64,000 nt of DNA from Nitrospira sp. GTDB lineage: Bacteria; Nitrospirota; Nitrospiria; Nitrospirales; Nitrospiraceae. Shown in pieces: positions 1 to 10,765 of the stretch. The DNA is taken from assembly GCA_047150005.1 (NCBI GenBank), contig AP038806.1, positions 3,264,001 to 3,328,000 on the forward strand, written 5' to 3'. How positions within the stretch are numbered: the stretch's first letter is position 1; each line of letters begins with the position of its first letter. The notes under the pieces were generated by a model. That model was given only the letters and a program-made list of their open reading frames with translations, searched no databases and had not been told where the DNA came from. The position numbers and the translations under genes were made by a program.

Positions 1-874
1 GCACGACCCGCTCGCCGTGCGAGGTCGGGAGCACCGACACGCGCAGGTCGATGTCCTTGCCGGCCGTGCGGATGGCGAACCGTCCGTCCTGCGGCAGCCG
101 CTTTTCAGCGATGTTCAGTCCGGCCATGATCTTCAGCCGCGCGATAATGCTCGACTGCAGATGTTTCGGAGGCGTCAGAACGGGATACAGCACGCCGTCG
201 ATCCGGTAGCGGACGACCAAGCCGCGCTCGAAGGATTCGAAGTGGATGTCGCTTGCTCTCTGTCGCGCCGCCTGAAAAAGAACGGAATTGACCAGGCGGA
301 TGATCGGCGCTTCGTCGGTGGCATCCAGGAGATCTTTCGGTTCGTCGAGCGCATGGGCCAGTTGGTCCAGATTCTCGTTGGCGGCGATGTCCTCCATGAC
401 CTGCTCGGCGCCGGTCGGACTGGCAATTTCGTCATAGACCCGGTTGAGGCAGCCCATAAGCGCGATGGCAGTGGTCAGCACCGGCTTGACCGGCCGACCC
501 AACAGGAGACGCAGATCGTCGAGGGCGGCGGTTTCCAGTGGGTCCGTGGTCGCGACTAGAATGGCTCCCTCTTCGGCCTTGATCGGAAGCACGCGGTATC
601 GCCGCGCAAAGTGGATCGGAACTTTCTTGATCCAGTCGTGCTCGATCTGGGCGGTGTCGAGATGGGGTAGCCACGGCAGCCCGAATTGCAGCGCGAGCGC
701 TTGGAGCAGCTGGTCCTCCTCGATGGCACGGAGGCGGATCAGCAGTTCCCCGAGCCGGCCGCCCTTGGTTTGCTGGAGGTTCAGCGCTTCCAGGAGCTTC
801 GCCTCCGGGACCCCGAACTTGCCTTCCAAGATGCTCCCCAACAGAGGAGGGCCGTTTGATTCAGAAGAGGTCAC
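1..874 (-). CDS. gspE: Type II secretion ATPase GspE, N-terminal part (runs off window edge)
   Basis: Manual minus-strand translation from GTG 874 gives EAPIIRLVNS, RASDIHFE, VRYRIDGVL, IAEKRLPQDGRF and DLRVSVLPTSHGERVV, typical of GspE/PilB; directly downstream of gspC. Confidence 0.9.
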   Translation of the reverse strand, partial: MTSSESNGPPLLGSILEGKFGVPEAKLLEALNLQQTKGGRLGELLIRLRAIEEDQLLQALALQFGLPWLPHLDTAQIEHDWIKKVPIHFARRYRVLPIKAEEGAILVATTDPLETAALDDLRLLLGRPVKPVLTTAIALMGCLNRVYDEIASPTGAEQVMEDIAANENLDQLAHALDEPKDLLDATDEAPIIRLVNSVLFQAARQRASDIHFESFERGLVVRYRIDGVLYPVLTPPKHLQSSIIARLKIMAGLNIAEKRLPQDGRFAIRTAGKDIDLRVSVLPTSHGERVV

Positions 875-1034
875 AATTCCTCAGTACTGCGGGCCGGATG
901 GTCGATAGGCGCATGTGAACATGAGCAGCAACACAAGCGACGAAGCCCACCGGACGAACATACATAAGGATGCCAGTCCAATGAGGCGTTCCGGCGCATC
1001 GGGTAGGTCGGACGGGCGGATCGCCGCCGTCCTG

Positions 1035-1907
1035 TCAGCGGATGTCGTATAGCAACGTCGCGCGCTGATTGCTGCGCAGGACGTCCAACTTGACCGTACG
1101 CTCGTTGCGCAGCTGTTGAAAGAGCGTGAGCATGGTCGAGGGATCGCGGATCTCCACCCCGTTGACCTGTTTTAGCACGTCCCCTTGATGCAGGCCGATT
1201 TTCTCATAAAAGCTCGAGGGGGCAATATAGTCCATGCGGAATCCGCTCATGGAGCCGTTGGCCATCACCGGAACCGCCCGTGCCTGCGACAGCAGCTTCG
1301 GCAGATCGCCGATCGCCTGGTCGACTTCGCGCCGGTCGAGCGTCTTCTTGATGGGGGCGCCCGGGACTGCCGGTGTCGATGCCGCTTGCGGTCTGGGCAT
1401 CATCGGCGGCTGGTCTTCGCCCGTGCTGAGCCCGAGAAATTCCTGTTGTCCCCCTTGACGGATCACCACACCGTCGCGACGAATTTCTATGACTTCTCCT
1501 GCGTCCGGCACCTGGTCATGCAAACGGAAGAACAATTGTTGCTTGCTGGCGATCATCTCGACGATGGCGGAAACACCTCCATGATCGCCGATCACGACGC
1601 CCAGCAGCTTCATCTTCGAGGCCAGGTTGAGCGGCTGTTGGACCACCCCTGCGGTCGCGCCCGGCGTCCCATCCGGGGCCGTCGCAACCGGGTCTGGCGG
1701 TAGCGGGAACAGTCCGCTGGTTCGAACCTGGTACGCTAGGGTAGCGGCGGACTGATTCGTCGACGGATCGACGGCGCCGGCGGTGCGAGGGGCAACCACG
1801 CCGGCCGGCACCAGCAGGGCTTCGGCGACCACCGCATTGATGGTGTGAGCGACCAGGAAGGCCGCAACCATTATATAGACTCCGATCACAGTCCGGCGCA
1901 CCGTCAT
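1035..1907 (-). CDS. gspC: Type II secretion protein C with C-terminal PDZ domain
   Basis: N-terminal TM helix, HR-like region (LKLLGVVIG-type), PDZ-like YEKIGLHQGDVLKQVNG; adjacent to gspE. Confidence 0.85.
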   Translation of the reverse strand: MTVRRTVIGVYIMVAAFLVAHTINAVVAEALLVPAGVVAPRTAGAVDPSTNQSAATLAYQVRTSGLFPLPPDPVATAPDGTPGATAGVVQQPLNLASKMKLLGVVIGDHGGVSAIVEMIASKQQLFFRLHDQVPDAGEVIEIRRDGVVIRQGGQQEFLGLSTGEDQPPMMPRPQAASTPAVPGAPIKKTLDRREVDQAIGDLPKLLSQARAVPVMANGSMSGFRMDYIAPSSFYEKIGLHQGDVLKQVNGVEIRDPSTMLTLFQQLRNERTVKLDVLRSNQRATLLYDIR

Positions 1908-2009
1908 CGTTATGAACTCACTCCGAATCTGTGCGTGAATCTCAACCTCAGCCTGAACCTTCTTGAATTGCTGGCGGTCATTTTCGACATCCTGCTACAA
2001 TGCGCGGCC

Positions 2010-4841
2010 ATGCCGTTGATCTTGCCCGAAAAATCCCGAGCCGTCGCCGAGGATCTGCGTCGTCTGTTGGGATCGTCCGCCGTCAAAGATGACGCGGCCA
2101 CCAAGACGGCGTACGCCGTGGACGCCAGCATGTACCGGATGATACCACAGGCCGTTGCGCTGGTGGAAACCGAATCCCATATCCAGTCCGTCATTCGCTA
2201 TGCTGTACCGCGGGGCATTCCGGTGACCGCGAGGGCGGCGGGGACCAATCTCACCGGCTCCGCCATCGGATCCGGGATCATTCTCGACGTCTCGCGCATG
2301 CACCGCATTCTCGAGATCAATCGCGAGGAGCGCTGGGCCAGGGTACAGCCGGGCATTGTCCTGGCGGAACTCAACAAGCAGCTCGCACGCCAGGGGCTGC
2401 TCTTCGGTCCCGATCCGTCGAGCGGAGACATGTGCAAGCTCGGCGGGATGCTTGCGAACAATTCAGCCGGTCCTCATACCCTCCGTTACGGGTCGGTCAA
2501 GGACAATGTCCGGGCGCTGCGCGTCTGTCTCCAGTCCGGAGACTGGCTTGATGCGCGCGACTATGCGATCGACGATCCGGACCTGTCCGGACTGCTGGCT
2601 GCGCATGACGCGGTCGGCGACGCCTGGTCGTTGGTCCGGAGGCATGCCGACCTCCTGGTGCGTACGCGTCCGGACGTCAGCAAGAATAGTTGCGGCTATA
2701 ACCTCTTCGGGATCGCCGACGGGTTGGCCCGCGGGCGGTTCGATCTGCCGAAGCTCTTCGTCGGGAGCGAAGGGACGTTGGGTGTTTTCGGCGAAGCCAC
2801 GATCGATCTGGTCGACAAGCCGCGCGCAACCCTCACGGCGCTGATCCATTTCAAACGGTTGGAGGACGTGGGAGACGTGGTGCCGAAGCTGCTTGAACTC
2901 GGGCCCAGCGCCTTGGAGGTCATGGATGCCAATACGCTCGATTTGATCGGGCGCTCACGACACGGCATCCCGGCCGATGCAGCCGCGACGTTGTTGGCCG
3001 AACTCGACGCGCAGGACGACCAGGCCGATTTGCACGAGCGCGCGGAGCGCATGGCGACCGTGTGCCGCGGCTATCCCCTGGCCTCCGCCATCGCCATCGC
3101 CTATGATCAAGAGCGCCGGGACGAGCTCTGGAAGGCGCGCAAGGCTCTCTATCCGACGCTCTACCGGTTTGACCCGCACAAGAAGCCGATCAATTTCGTG
3201 GACGATGTCGTGGTGCGCGCGGAACGTATCAGCGAGTTGATCCGCTACCTCGAGGATTTCTTTCACGGCCAGCGCGTTCCGGTGGCGATCTTCGGCCATA
3301 TCGGCAACGGCAACGCCCATATCGTTCCCCTCCTGGACGTGAACGACGAGGGGGATTTCGAGAAGATGGTGCGGGGCTATCATGAGATCCATCAGACCGT
3401 CCTCGACCGGTTTAACGGCTCGATTTGCGGCGAGCACGGTGACGGGCGGGTGAGGGCCGAGTTCGTCCGTGCGATGTTCGGGCCGGAACTCTACGATCTG
3501 TTCGTCCGCGTGAAACGGAGCTTCGATCCGGCCGGGGTGCTCAATCCCGGCGTCAAGATCAGCGATCGCCCTTTTACCGACCAGATCGATTACACGAGAC
3601 TGTCGAAGTCCTGCGCCACCTGCGCCAAGTGCAATGCCGTCTGTCCGGTCTATGATGTGTTCCGCTCCGAGGACATGAGCTCTCGGGGCTGGTTCGAGAT
3701 CCTGACGGACAAAAATTATTCCTACGACGACTCGAAGCGGGTGGTCGAGGCTTGTCTCAACTGCAAGTCCTGCCGCACCGCCTGTCCGGCCGGGGTGGAC
3801 GTCTCGCAACTGATCCTCGACCGGCGCGCCGAACGTCCGAACCGGCTGGCCGGACGGCTCTTCGCGTTACACGCCCAACAGGAGAAGTTTGCCCGGTATC
3901 TGAGAATCCTGGCCAGGCTGCAGCCGCTGTGGGACCGGCCGATTGTCCGTAGAATTCTGGACGTCGCGACCAGGCCGATCATGCGCCGGCTGGCCGACAA
4001 GGCCAGACTCTCGGCCGACGTGGCACTGCCCAAGCTCGCCACTCGGCAGCTGCGCGATCGCCATGCGGATCTTATTCCGAAGCCGGGCGGGGCTCGGTCC
4101 ACCGTCGCCTACTTTCATGGCTGCGCCGCCAACTATTTCGACGATGGAGTCGGGGACGCCGTCATCGCCGTGCTGCGGCGGCACGGAGTCACCCCGGACC
4201 TGCCGGCCCAGCGCTGTTCGGGGACCCCGATCGAGACCTATGGCCATCGCGAGCTCGCCAAGGAAGGCGCGCGGCTGAATCTGCGTTCCTTCGCCGGGTA
4301 CGACACCGTCGTGACCGGCTGCGCGTCCTGCACGCTGATGCTCAAGGACTACCCCACATGGTTCGCCGGCGAAGCGGAACAGAGCGTAGCCGAGGCCTTG
4401 GCTCGTCGCGTGCGGCATATCTCAGAATTCGTGGCACAGTCACCGGTGAAGCCGGCGGCTGCAGCGGCGGACCAGCGCGGGCGGCGGATCGGCTACCACT
4501 CGTCTTGTCATCTGCGCGCCGCCGGCGTGACGAAAGAGCCTCGCGCCGTGCTGGCAGCACTGCCGGGCGTTGACTACGTCGAGATGCCCGACGCCGACCG
4601 GTGCGCCGGCGGAGCCGGGACGTATCTGGTGAAGGACTTCGAGACGTCCCAACGCATCGTGGAGCGCAAGCAGCGCGCCGTAGAACAGAGCGGGGTGGAG
4701 GTGGTGGCGACGAGCTGCCCGGCTTGCATGATTCAGTTGCGGACCGGGTTGCGCGGGACGGCGGAGGTCAAGCACGTGGCTCAGGTCCTTCAGGACGCCT
4801 ATGAGGCCGCCGATCGTCCGCCGCAGGGGAGTGGGTCATGA
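2010..4841 (+). CDS. FAD-binding and Fe-S/CCG-domain oxidoreductase (GlcD/GlpC-like fusion)
   Basis: FAD-binding (GTNLTG, GSEGTLG), GEHGDG, two CxxCxxCxxxCP ferredoxin motifs, two CCG-type domains (YFHGC, YHSSCH); ATG 2010 chosen as start. Confidence 0.9.
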   Translation: MPLILPEKSRAVAEDLRRLLGSSAVKDDAATKTAYAVDASMYRMIPQAVALVETESHIQSVIRYAVPRGIPVTARAAGTNLTGSAIGSGIILDVSRMHRILEINREERWARVQPGIVLAELNKQLARQGLLFGPDPSSGDMCKLGGMLANNSAGPHTLRYGSVKDNVRALRVCLQSGDWLDARDYAIDDPDLSGLLAAHDAVGDAWSLVRRHADLLVRTRPDVSKNSCGYNLFGIADGLARGRFDLPKLFVGSEGTLGVFGEATIDLVDKPRATLTALIHFKRLEDVGDVVPKLLELGPSALEVMDANTLDLIGRSRHGIPADAAATLLAELDAQDDQADLHERAERMATVCRGYPLASAIAIAYDQERRDELWKARKALYPTLYRFDPHKKPINFVDDVVVRAERISELIRYLEDFFHGQRVPVAIFGHIGNGNAHIVPLLDVNDEGDFEKMVRGYHEIHQTVLDRFNGSICGEHGDGRVRAEFVRAMFGPELYDLFVRVKRSFDPAGVLNPGVKISDRPFTDQIDYTRLSKSCATCAKCNAVCPVYDVFRSEDMSSRGWFEILTDKNYSYDDSKRVVEACLNCKSCRTACPAGVDVSQLILDRRAERPNRLAGRLFALHAQQEKFARYLRILARLQPLWDRPIVRRILDVATRPIMRRLADKARLSADVALPKLATRQLRDRHADLIPKPGGARSTVAYFHGCAANYFDDGVGDAVIAVLRRHGVTPDLPAQRCSGTPIETYGHRELAKEGARLNLRSFAGYDTVVTGCASCTLMLKDYPTWFAGEAEQSVAEALARRVRHISEFVAQSPVKPAAAAADQRGRRIGYHSSCHLRAAGVTKEPRAVLAALPGVDYVEMPDADRCAGGAGTYLVKDFETSQRIVERKQRAVEQSGVEVVATSCPACMIQLRTGLRGTAEVKHVAQVLQDAYEAADRPPQGSGS

Positions 4842-5077
4842 CGCTGCGGAAGGTGGATTGGATCTTCGTGGCCGCGGCTCTGGCGGTCGTCCTCGGTGTG
4901 TCGCTGCTGCCGGCGCCGAGGGACCGCAACCCTCGGATTCCCGGGAATGCCGAACACCAAGCCGTTGCGGTCGAGAAGGATTGTGTGGGGTGCCACCGGG
5001 TAGACGGCATCAGGCCGATTTCGGCCCGCCATCCTAAGCGGCAGGACTGCCTGCGTTGTCATGCGCGTGGAGCATAA
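4838..5077 (+). CDS. Small membrane-anchored diheme c-type cytochrome
   Basis: 79 aa, N-terminal hydrophobic helix, CVGCH and CLRCH; ATGA overlap with upstream gene. Confidence 0.75.
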   Translation: MTLRKVDWIFVAAALAVVLGVSLLPAPRDRNPRIPGNAEHQAVAVEKDCVGCHRVDGIRPISARHPKRQDCLRCHARGA

Positions 5078-5174
5078 TGCGGCGGTCGCCGCGGGCGAAG
5101 TACCCGGTCCTCTTGGCCGGGTCGTGAGGCAAAACGAGAGATGGGGCTACGGAGCCGAGACGAGGTCGAACGAC

Positions 5175-5453
5175 ATGGTGAAAGTATTGGTATTCGGGCT
5201 GACTCTGCGCGATGCCGTCGGCGAGCATGAAATCGAAGTCGAATGTCCTGGTCCCACCACGGTGAAGAAACTTGTCGAGGCCAACCAGGGCACGCTCGGC
5301 GCCTTGGCCCAGTTCATGGCCAACCGGGAGGTGTTGATCACCGTCAACAAGAAGGTGAGCACGGAAGACAGCGCCGTGAAAGACGGCGATGTCGTGAAAC
5401 TGTCCTATCAATCCAGAGCGTCATACGACGGCACGCGGGACATCCCAACCTGA
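5175..5453 (+). CDS. MoaD/ThiS-like beta-grasp protein lacking C-terminal Gly-Gly
   Basis: MVKVLVFGLTLRDAVG...ITVNKK...VKDGDVVKL pattern; ends YDGTRDIPT. Confidence 0.75.
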   Translation: MVKVLVFGLTLRDAVGEHEIEVECPGPTTVKKLVEANQGTLGALAQFMANREVLITVNKKVSTEDSAVKDGDVVKLSYQSRASYDGTRDIPT

Positions 5454-5489
5454 TCCGGTCGCCGTTCCTCTCAATGCCGGGCCGCGTCC

Positions 5490-6743
5490 ATGACGCCATC
5501 ATTCATGCCGATAGGACCCAGACCCGCCGCAGTGGTCTTTATCCTCGTCACCGTCCTGTTGGACGTCCTCTCATTCGGCATCATCATTCCCGTGCTGCCC
5601 GTGCTGGTGGAACGATTTACGTCGGGTGATACGGCCCGCGCGGCGGAAGTCTATGGTTTGATGGGCACAGCCTGGGCGTTCATGCAGTTCGCCTGCTCGC
5701 CGATTCAAGGAGCCCTCTCCGACCGGTTTGGGCGGCGTCCGGTGGTGCTGCTGTCAAACGTCGGGCTGGGACTGGACTACATCCTCATGGCCCTTGCGCC
5801 CGATATCACGTGGCTCTTCGTCGGGCGGGTCCTGTCGGGCATGGCGTCGTCCAGTTTCAGCACCGCGGGGGCCTACATCGCAGACGTCACGGCGGTCGAG
5901 CAGCGGGCCGCTGCCTTTGGCAAGATGGGAGTGGCGTTCGGGTTGGGGTTCGTGCTGGGTCCCGCGGTCGGTGGACTGCTCGGTGCCGTCGATCCGCGGC
6001 TGCCGTTTTGGGGCGCGGCTGGGACCAGTTTGATCAACGCCTGCTATGGGTATTTCGTCCTGCCTGAATCACTGCACCCGGAGAAACGCCGTGCCTTTAC
6101 ATGGACGCGGGCGAATCCGGTGGGCGCCCTGGCGCTGCTCCGATCCCATCGTGAACTCTTCGGACTCGCCTTGGCGAATTTTATTATGAACCTCGCGCAT
6201 GTGGTGCTGCCCAGCGTCACGGTATTGTACTTGGGCTACAAGTTCGGATGGGACAGCGCCGCGGTCGGACTGACCCTCGCGGCCGTCGGAGCCTTCGCCA
6301 TGATCGTACAAGGCGTTCTCGTGGGGCCCATCACCCGGGCGTATGGGGAGCCGCGGACCGTACGAGCCGGATTATTCTGCGGCGCGCTGGGATTTTCCAT
6401 CTATGGGCTGGCGCCGCGCGGCTGGGTCTACTGTCTCGGCATCCCGATCATGGCCTTCTGGGGACTGGCCGGTCCGGCCATGCAGTCCTTGATGACCAGG
6501 AGGGTCGGTCACACGGAACAGGGGCGGCTGCAAGGGGCCATCGCGAGTTTGATCGGTATTGCCGGTCTGGTCGGGCCAGGCTTGTTCACACAAACGTTCG
6601 CATACTTCATCAATCCGGACACCTGGTGGCATCTCCCGGGGGCACCCTTTCTCCTGGCCTCATGTCTGCTGATGCTGGCCATGACGATCGCCTGGGCGGC
6701 CACGAATCAGCGCGAAGAATCCGGTGGGCCGCCCGGCGCCTGA
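5490..6743 (+). CDS. TCR/Tet family MFS efflux transporter
   Basis: Motif A GALSDRFGRRPV, motif C GFVLGPAVGG, about 12 TM. Confidence 0.9.
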   Translation: MTPSFMPIGPRPAAVVFILVTVLLDVLSFGIIIPVLPVLVERFTSGDTARAAEVYGLMGTAWAFMQFACSPIQGALSDRFGRRPVVLLSNVGLGLDYILMALAPDITWLFVGRVLSGMASSSFSTAGAYIADVTAVEQRAAAFGKMGVAFGLGFVLGPAVGGLLGAVDPRLPFWGAAGTSLINACYGYFVLPESLHPEKRRAFTWTRANPVGALALLRSHRELFGLALANFIMNLAHVVLPSVTVLYLGYKFGWDSAAVGLTLAAVGAFAMIVQGVLVGPITRAYGEPRTVRAGLFCGALGFSIYGLAPRGWVYCLGIPIMAFWGLAGPAMQSLMTRRVGHTEQGRLQGAIASLIGIAGLVGPGLFTQTFAYFINPDTWWHLPGAPFLLASCLLMLAMTIAWAATNQREESGGPPGA

Positions 6744-7744
6744 GCGTCGATCTGACCGATTCCTTCCGTGTGACGAGTCCCGCGTTCCATGCCGTGCACG
6801 AAGATCTGACGGTGGCGATAGATCGACAGGGCGCGTCGTTCGGCGGCCTCCGCTTCCGCCGGTTCTCCCGCTTGGCGGTACAGACCGCCCAGAAGCGCCA
6901 GAGCTTTCGCTTCCGTGAGCGGATCACGGAGGGTTTGCGAGAGAAAAATCGTCTGTTTGCTTGATTCGACCGCTTCTTTCACTCGGCCGCTCGCTTCATC
7001 CATATAGGCAAGTTTGAGGTGAAGGGAGGCTTCCATCGCCATATCCCGTTCTGTCTGGGCCAACTCAAGGCCTGCTTCATAATAGGATCTGGCTTCCGAT
7101 TCCCGATCGAGAAGCCACTGGGCGTTGCCCAGCGCGACGGTCGCTGCAAGTTGCTGGGCCGGATCCCGCCTGGCACGCGCATCCTCCAACGCCTGCTGTA
7201 ACAGCGTCATGCCGGGTTCGGCCGCGCCGTCGGCGACGTCCAACAGTCCCAGTTGAATTCCGGCCTCGTTGTGTCCTTGACGGTCCTTCGCGCGCTCGAA
7301 GAGCGTCGTCGCCTGTCGTAAGGAATCGCGCGCAACGTCGATCTGTCCGAGACCGGCGGCAATCCGCCCCATGGCCAGCAAGGCCCTCGCGTGGGCGAGT
7401 CGATCGACCGATCGTGCATAGATCGAGACCGCTTCCTGAAGTTGGACATAGGCCTCCTGCATCCTGCCTTGCCGCTCGTGGACCAGGGCGATTTTGACCA
7501 GGGAGGCTGCGACGCCGCGCGGCTGCTTGGCCTTCCGGAATTGCGTCAATGCCAGCTGGTAATAGGTCAGAGTTTCTCGGAAGTGGTGCTGGTGGTCGTG
7601 GATTTCTCCGATCCGGAGCAGCTCGTCCCCCGTCAATTGGCCGGCGGAGGACACAAGACGAATGAGCGGGGACTGAGCCGGCTCCCATCCGGAAAGTCCG
7701 GCCGACAGGAGAAGCCCCAACAGGGGCCAGCTGGCGACATGCAT
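6707..7744 (-). CDS. Secreted TPR-repeat protein
   Basis: Signal peptide then helical repeats (YYQLAL, ALLAMG, YYEAGL, ALALLG). Confidence 0.75.
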   Translation of the reverse strand: MHVASWPLLGLLLSAGLSGWEPAQSPLIRLVSSAGQLTGDELLRIGEIHDHQHHFRETLTYYQLALTQFRKAKQPRGVAASLVKIALVHERQGRMQEAYVQLQEAVSIYARSVDRLAHARALLAMGRIAAGLGQIDVARDSLRQATTLFERAKDRQGHNEAGIQLGLLDVADGAAEPGMTLLQQALEDARARRDPAQQLAATVALGNAQWLLDRESEARSYYEAGLELAQTERDMAMEASLHLKLAYMDEASGRVKEAVESSKQTIFLSQTLRDPLTEAKALALLGGLYRQAGEPAEAEAAERRALSIYRHRQIFVHGMERGTRHTEGIGQIDAQAPGGPPDSSR

Positions 7745-7775
7745 GTAAAAAGCATGCGCTTCAAGGAGTGGAAGG

Positions 7776-8723
7776 TCAAGCCGCCGCCTCCCGAATGGCA
7801 GCCGTCCGGTTCGAAGATGCTGGCGATGCCATGGCCGACGGAGTGCTCTGCGACGCCGTGCCGGCCGCCAGCTTCGCGAATTCGCGCATCAAGATCGTGA
7901 CGCGCGCCACGTAACGGCGGACGTCATGGTCGCCGCACCGCTGTCTGGACACAAACCGGAATCCACGGGCGACGAATTCACGACCCGCGCCAGCTCCGCA
8001 GAGATGAATCACGGCGGCCAGTTCCTGCTTTTTCCGCAGCGACACCGCGGCGAGGCGGCGGGGTCCCAGGATCTGGGCCACGCGACGGTCCAGGAGTGCG
8101 GCGGTCAGCTCGATCGCGTGACTCGGCAACACGCGCATGTAGAGATCGTTGAACCAACACGAGCGGAGATCGTGCCAGGGACCCTCTTCGACGACGTGAT
8201 GGTCGTGGATACAATAACGTTTGGCTTCCTGGAAGGTTCCGTCGGTGATCTGATAGAGACCGACGGCGCTCGACGCCGGTTGATACACACGTAACGGATT
8301 CCAGGTCAGATGCCATCGCCAGTACGTGCGGGCCACGGGGTTGCCTCCGCTCTCCAGTTGCGCGAGCGCCGCGAGAAATTCCGGGGTGATGACGACGGTC
8401 GAATGTTCGACGAACAGGGACTTGTATTGCCGCCATGTGTCGGCGGGATTCTTGTCCAGTGAGTCGTCCAGCGGAAAAAACAGCTCGCTCGGCTTGTGGA
8501 TCGCGTGATACGTCCAATTCACCGTGGACCAGATCAAGAGAAGCAGGATTCCGCCCACGATCACGCGAAACGGGAGGGGCGAGGCGGCCAGGGCGGCCCG
8601 CATCAACTGGAATTCGTTCCATCGCGCCTGCGCGAAACAGCGAATTCTCGCCAGCCTCCTTCGAAGACCGGGTCTCCGTCCGTGAGCCTTCCTGGCGGAG
8701 CGACGGTTTGGTCGGGCGGCCAT
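7776..8723 (-). CDS. Membrane-anchored lytic transglycosylase (SLT-like) domain protein
   Basis: AQLESGGNP and SAVGLYQI match SLT motifs I and II; one TM helix. Confidence 0.75.
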   Translation of the reverse strand: MAARPNRRSARKAHGRRPGLRRRLARIRCFAQARWNEFQLMRAALAASPLPFRVIVGGILLLLIWSTVNWTYHAIHKPSELFFPLDDSLDKNPADTWRQYKSLFVEHSTVVITPEFLAALAQLESGGNPVARTYWRWHLTWNPLRVYQPASSAVGLYQITDGTFQEAKRYCIHDHHVVEEGPWHDLRSCWFNDLYMRVLPSHAIELTAALLDRRVAQILGPRRLAAVSLRKKQELAAVIHLCGAGAGREFVARGFRFVSRQRCGDHDVRRYVARVTILMREFAKLAAGTASQSTPSAMASPASSNRTAAIREAAA

Positions 8724-8892
8724 GGCTCACTATACCCCGAATCGTCGGAGAGGGAATCAACGCCGACGCTTGCCGCGCAGGCGGTGTTTCGCGCGGAACC
8801 GGGGGTTGCTATTGCGTTCCCCGACAGTCCAGGATGGGCATGAGAACGAACGAATCCGTTCGAAGGCGATCAATCAGGAGTCGAACACTCAC

Positions 8893-10734
8893 ATGGCCTA
8901 TCAACCGATCGAGCACTACGGCATCATTGGCAACATGCGTACGGCGGCGCTCATCAGCACGAACGGTTCCATCGATTGGCTCTGCATCCCGTCGTTCGAT
9001 TCTCCCAGCGTGTTTGCCGCCATCTTGGACGACGGGAAGGGCGGGCGGTTCGAAATCACTCCGAAAGACTCGGCCGCGCGGACCAAGCAGTTCTATTGGT
9101 CGGAAACCAATGTTCTGGTCACCCGTTTTCTCTCGCCGGACGGCGTCGGGGAAATCGAGGATTTCATGCCGACTGGCTTGCCGCCGGAGTCACCCTGGCA
9201 CGATCAGTTGGTCCGTCGTGTAAAAGTGACGCGCGGGGCGCTGGCCTTTCGGATGACGTGTCAACCTGCGTTGGACTACGCGCGCGCACCGCACCGAGCA
9301 GTCATGGGCGAACATGGCGCCGTCTTCGAAGGAGCGCCCTTGTGCCTCGGCTTGTCCAGCAGTGTGCCCCTTCAGGCGGTCGGCGACGCGGCCGTTTCGA
9401 CGTTTGTCCTCCAGGAAGGACAGGAAGCGGTCTTCGTGCTGCATCGGCTGCAGGCCGGCGAGGCCTGCCGGCGCGGTCCGTCCGCCGCCGAAACGCAGCA
9501 GGTCTTCGATCATACGGTGGACTACTGGCATCGGTGGCTTTCGAAGTGTACGTACACCGGCCGCTGGCGCGAAATGGTCTATCGGTCGGCCTTGACCCTC
9601 AAGCTGATGACCTACGAACCCACCGGAGCGATTGTGGCGGCGCCGACCTGCAGCCTCCCCGAAACCCTGGGCGGAGGACGGAATTGGGACTATCGGTACA
9701 CATGGATTCGCGACGCCGCCTTCACCCTCTACGGATTGCTCCGGATCGGGTTCACCGAGGAGGCCCACGCCTTCATGCGATGGCTGGACGCCAGGACAGG
9801 CGAGGTCGAGGCCGACGGGTCGCTCCAGATCGTCTATGGCATCGATGGGCGTCATGATCTCAAGGAAGAAGTGCTGGGGCATCTCGACGGGTATCGAGGC
9901 TCGCGGCCGGTCCGGATCGGGAACGGTGCCTATCAGCAGCTGCAACTCGACATCTACGGCGAATTGTTCGATTGCCTCTATCTTTATAATAAGTACGTCA
10001 TGCCGATCGGGTTTGACGCCTGGTTACGCATTCGGCAGCGCCTCAATTGGTTGTGCGACAATTGGCAGCAGCCCGACGAGGGTATCTGGGAAGTCCGCGG
10101 CGGGCGGCGGCATTTCGTCTATTCGAAGCTCATGTGCTGGGTTGCCATGGATCGGGGGCTGCGGCTGGCCGGCAAACGGTCGTTTCCAGCAGATCAAGAA
10201 CGGTGGATGCAGGTTCGCGACCAGATTTACGAAGAGATCATGTCGAAAGGCTGGAGCCGGAAACGCGAGGCGTTCGTCCAGCACTATGACGGCGAGGCTC
10301 TCGATGCGTCGAATCTCATCATGCCGCTGGTGTTCTTCATGGCCCCCAACGACCCCCGCATGCTGAGTACGCTGAAGGCGATCAACCGTTCTCCGAGAGA
10401 CGGAGGGTTGGTCTCCGACGGTCTCGTGTACCGGTACGACAGCGAGACCGGAACGGACGGCCTCCAAGGGCAGGAAGGGACCTTCACGATGTGCTCGTTT
10501 TGGCTCGTCGAAGCGTTGACCAGGGCCGGACGCTTCGATCCCTCGAAACTGGCGGAGGCCCGGCAGCTGTTCGAGCGGATGCTGGGGCATGCCAACCATG
10601 TCGGTCTGTATGCCGAAGAAATCGGCGACAGCGGAGAGGCGCTCGGTAACTTTCCACAGGCTTTCACGCACATCGCGTTGATCAGCGCCGCGTTCAATCT
10701 GGACCGGGCCTTGGACGGCGGTCGCCACGGTTGA
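8893..10734 (+). CDS. Glycoside hydrolase family 15 (glucoamylase/trehalase-like)
   Basis: [43 protein letters not shown]. Confidence 0.92.
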   Translation: MAYQPIEHYGIIGNMRTAALISTNGSIDWLCIPSFDSPSVFAAILDDGKGGRFEITPKDSAARTKQFYWSETNVLVTRFLSPDGVGEIEDFMPTGLPPESPWHDQLVRRVKVTRGALAFRMTCQPALDYARAPHRAVMGEHGAVFEGAPLCLGLSSSVPLQAVGDAAVSTFVLQEGQEAVFVLHRLQAGEACRRGPSAAETQQVFDHTVDYWHRWLSKCTYTGRWREMVYRSALTLKLMTYEPTGAIVAAPTCSLPETLGGGRNWDYRYTWIRDAAFTLYGLLRIGFTEEAHAFMRWLDARTGEVEADGSLQIVYGIDGRHDLKEEVLGHLDGYRGSRPVRIGNGAYQQLQLDIYGELFDCLYLYNKYVMPIGFDAWLRIRQRLNWLCDNWQQPDEGIWEVRGGRRHFVYSKLMCWVAMDRGLRLAGKRSFPADQERWMQVRDQIYEEIMSKGWSRKREAFVQHYDGEALDASNLIMPLVFFMAPNDPRMLSTLKAINRSPRDGGLVSDGLVYRYDSETGTDGLQGQEGTFTMCSFWLVEALTRAGRFDPSKLAEARQLFERMLGHANHVGLYAEEIGDSGEALGNFPQAFTHIALISAAFNLDRALDGGRHG

Positions 10735-10765
10735 GGCGCAGGAGGGGAGGCCCGCAAGCATCGCG

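Noticed and set aside
5490..6743. Acquired tetracycline resistance gene
   Set aside because: It is a Tet-family MFS, but there is no tetR or mobile context, and substrate cannot be inferred.
6707..6743. 37-bp convergent overlap of MFS and TPR genes
   Set aside because: Short tail-to-tail overlaps are common in GC-rich genomes.
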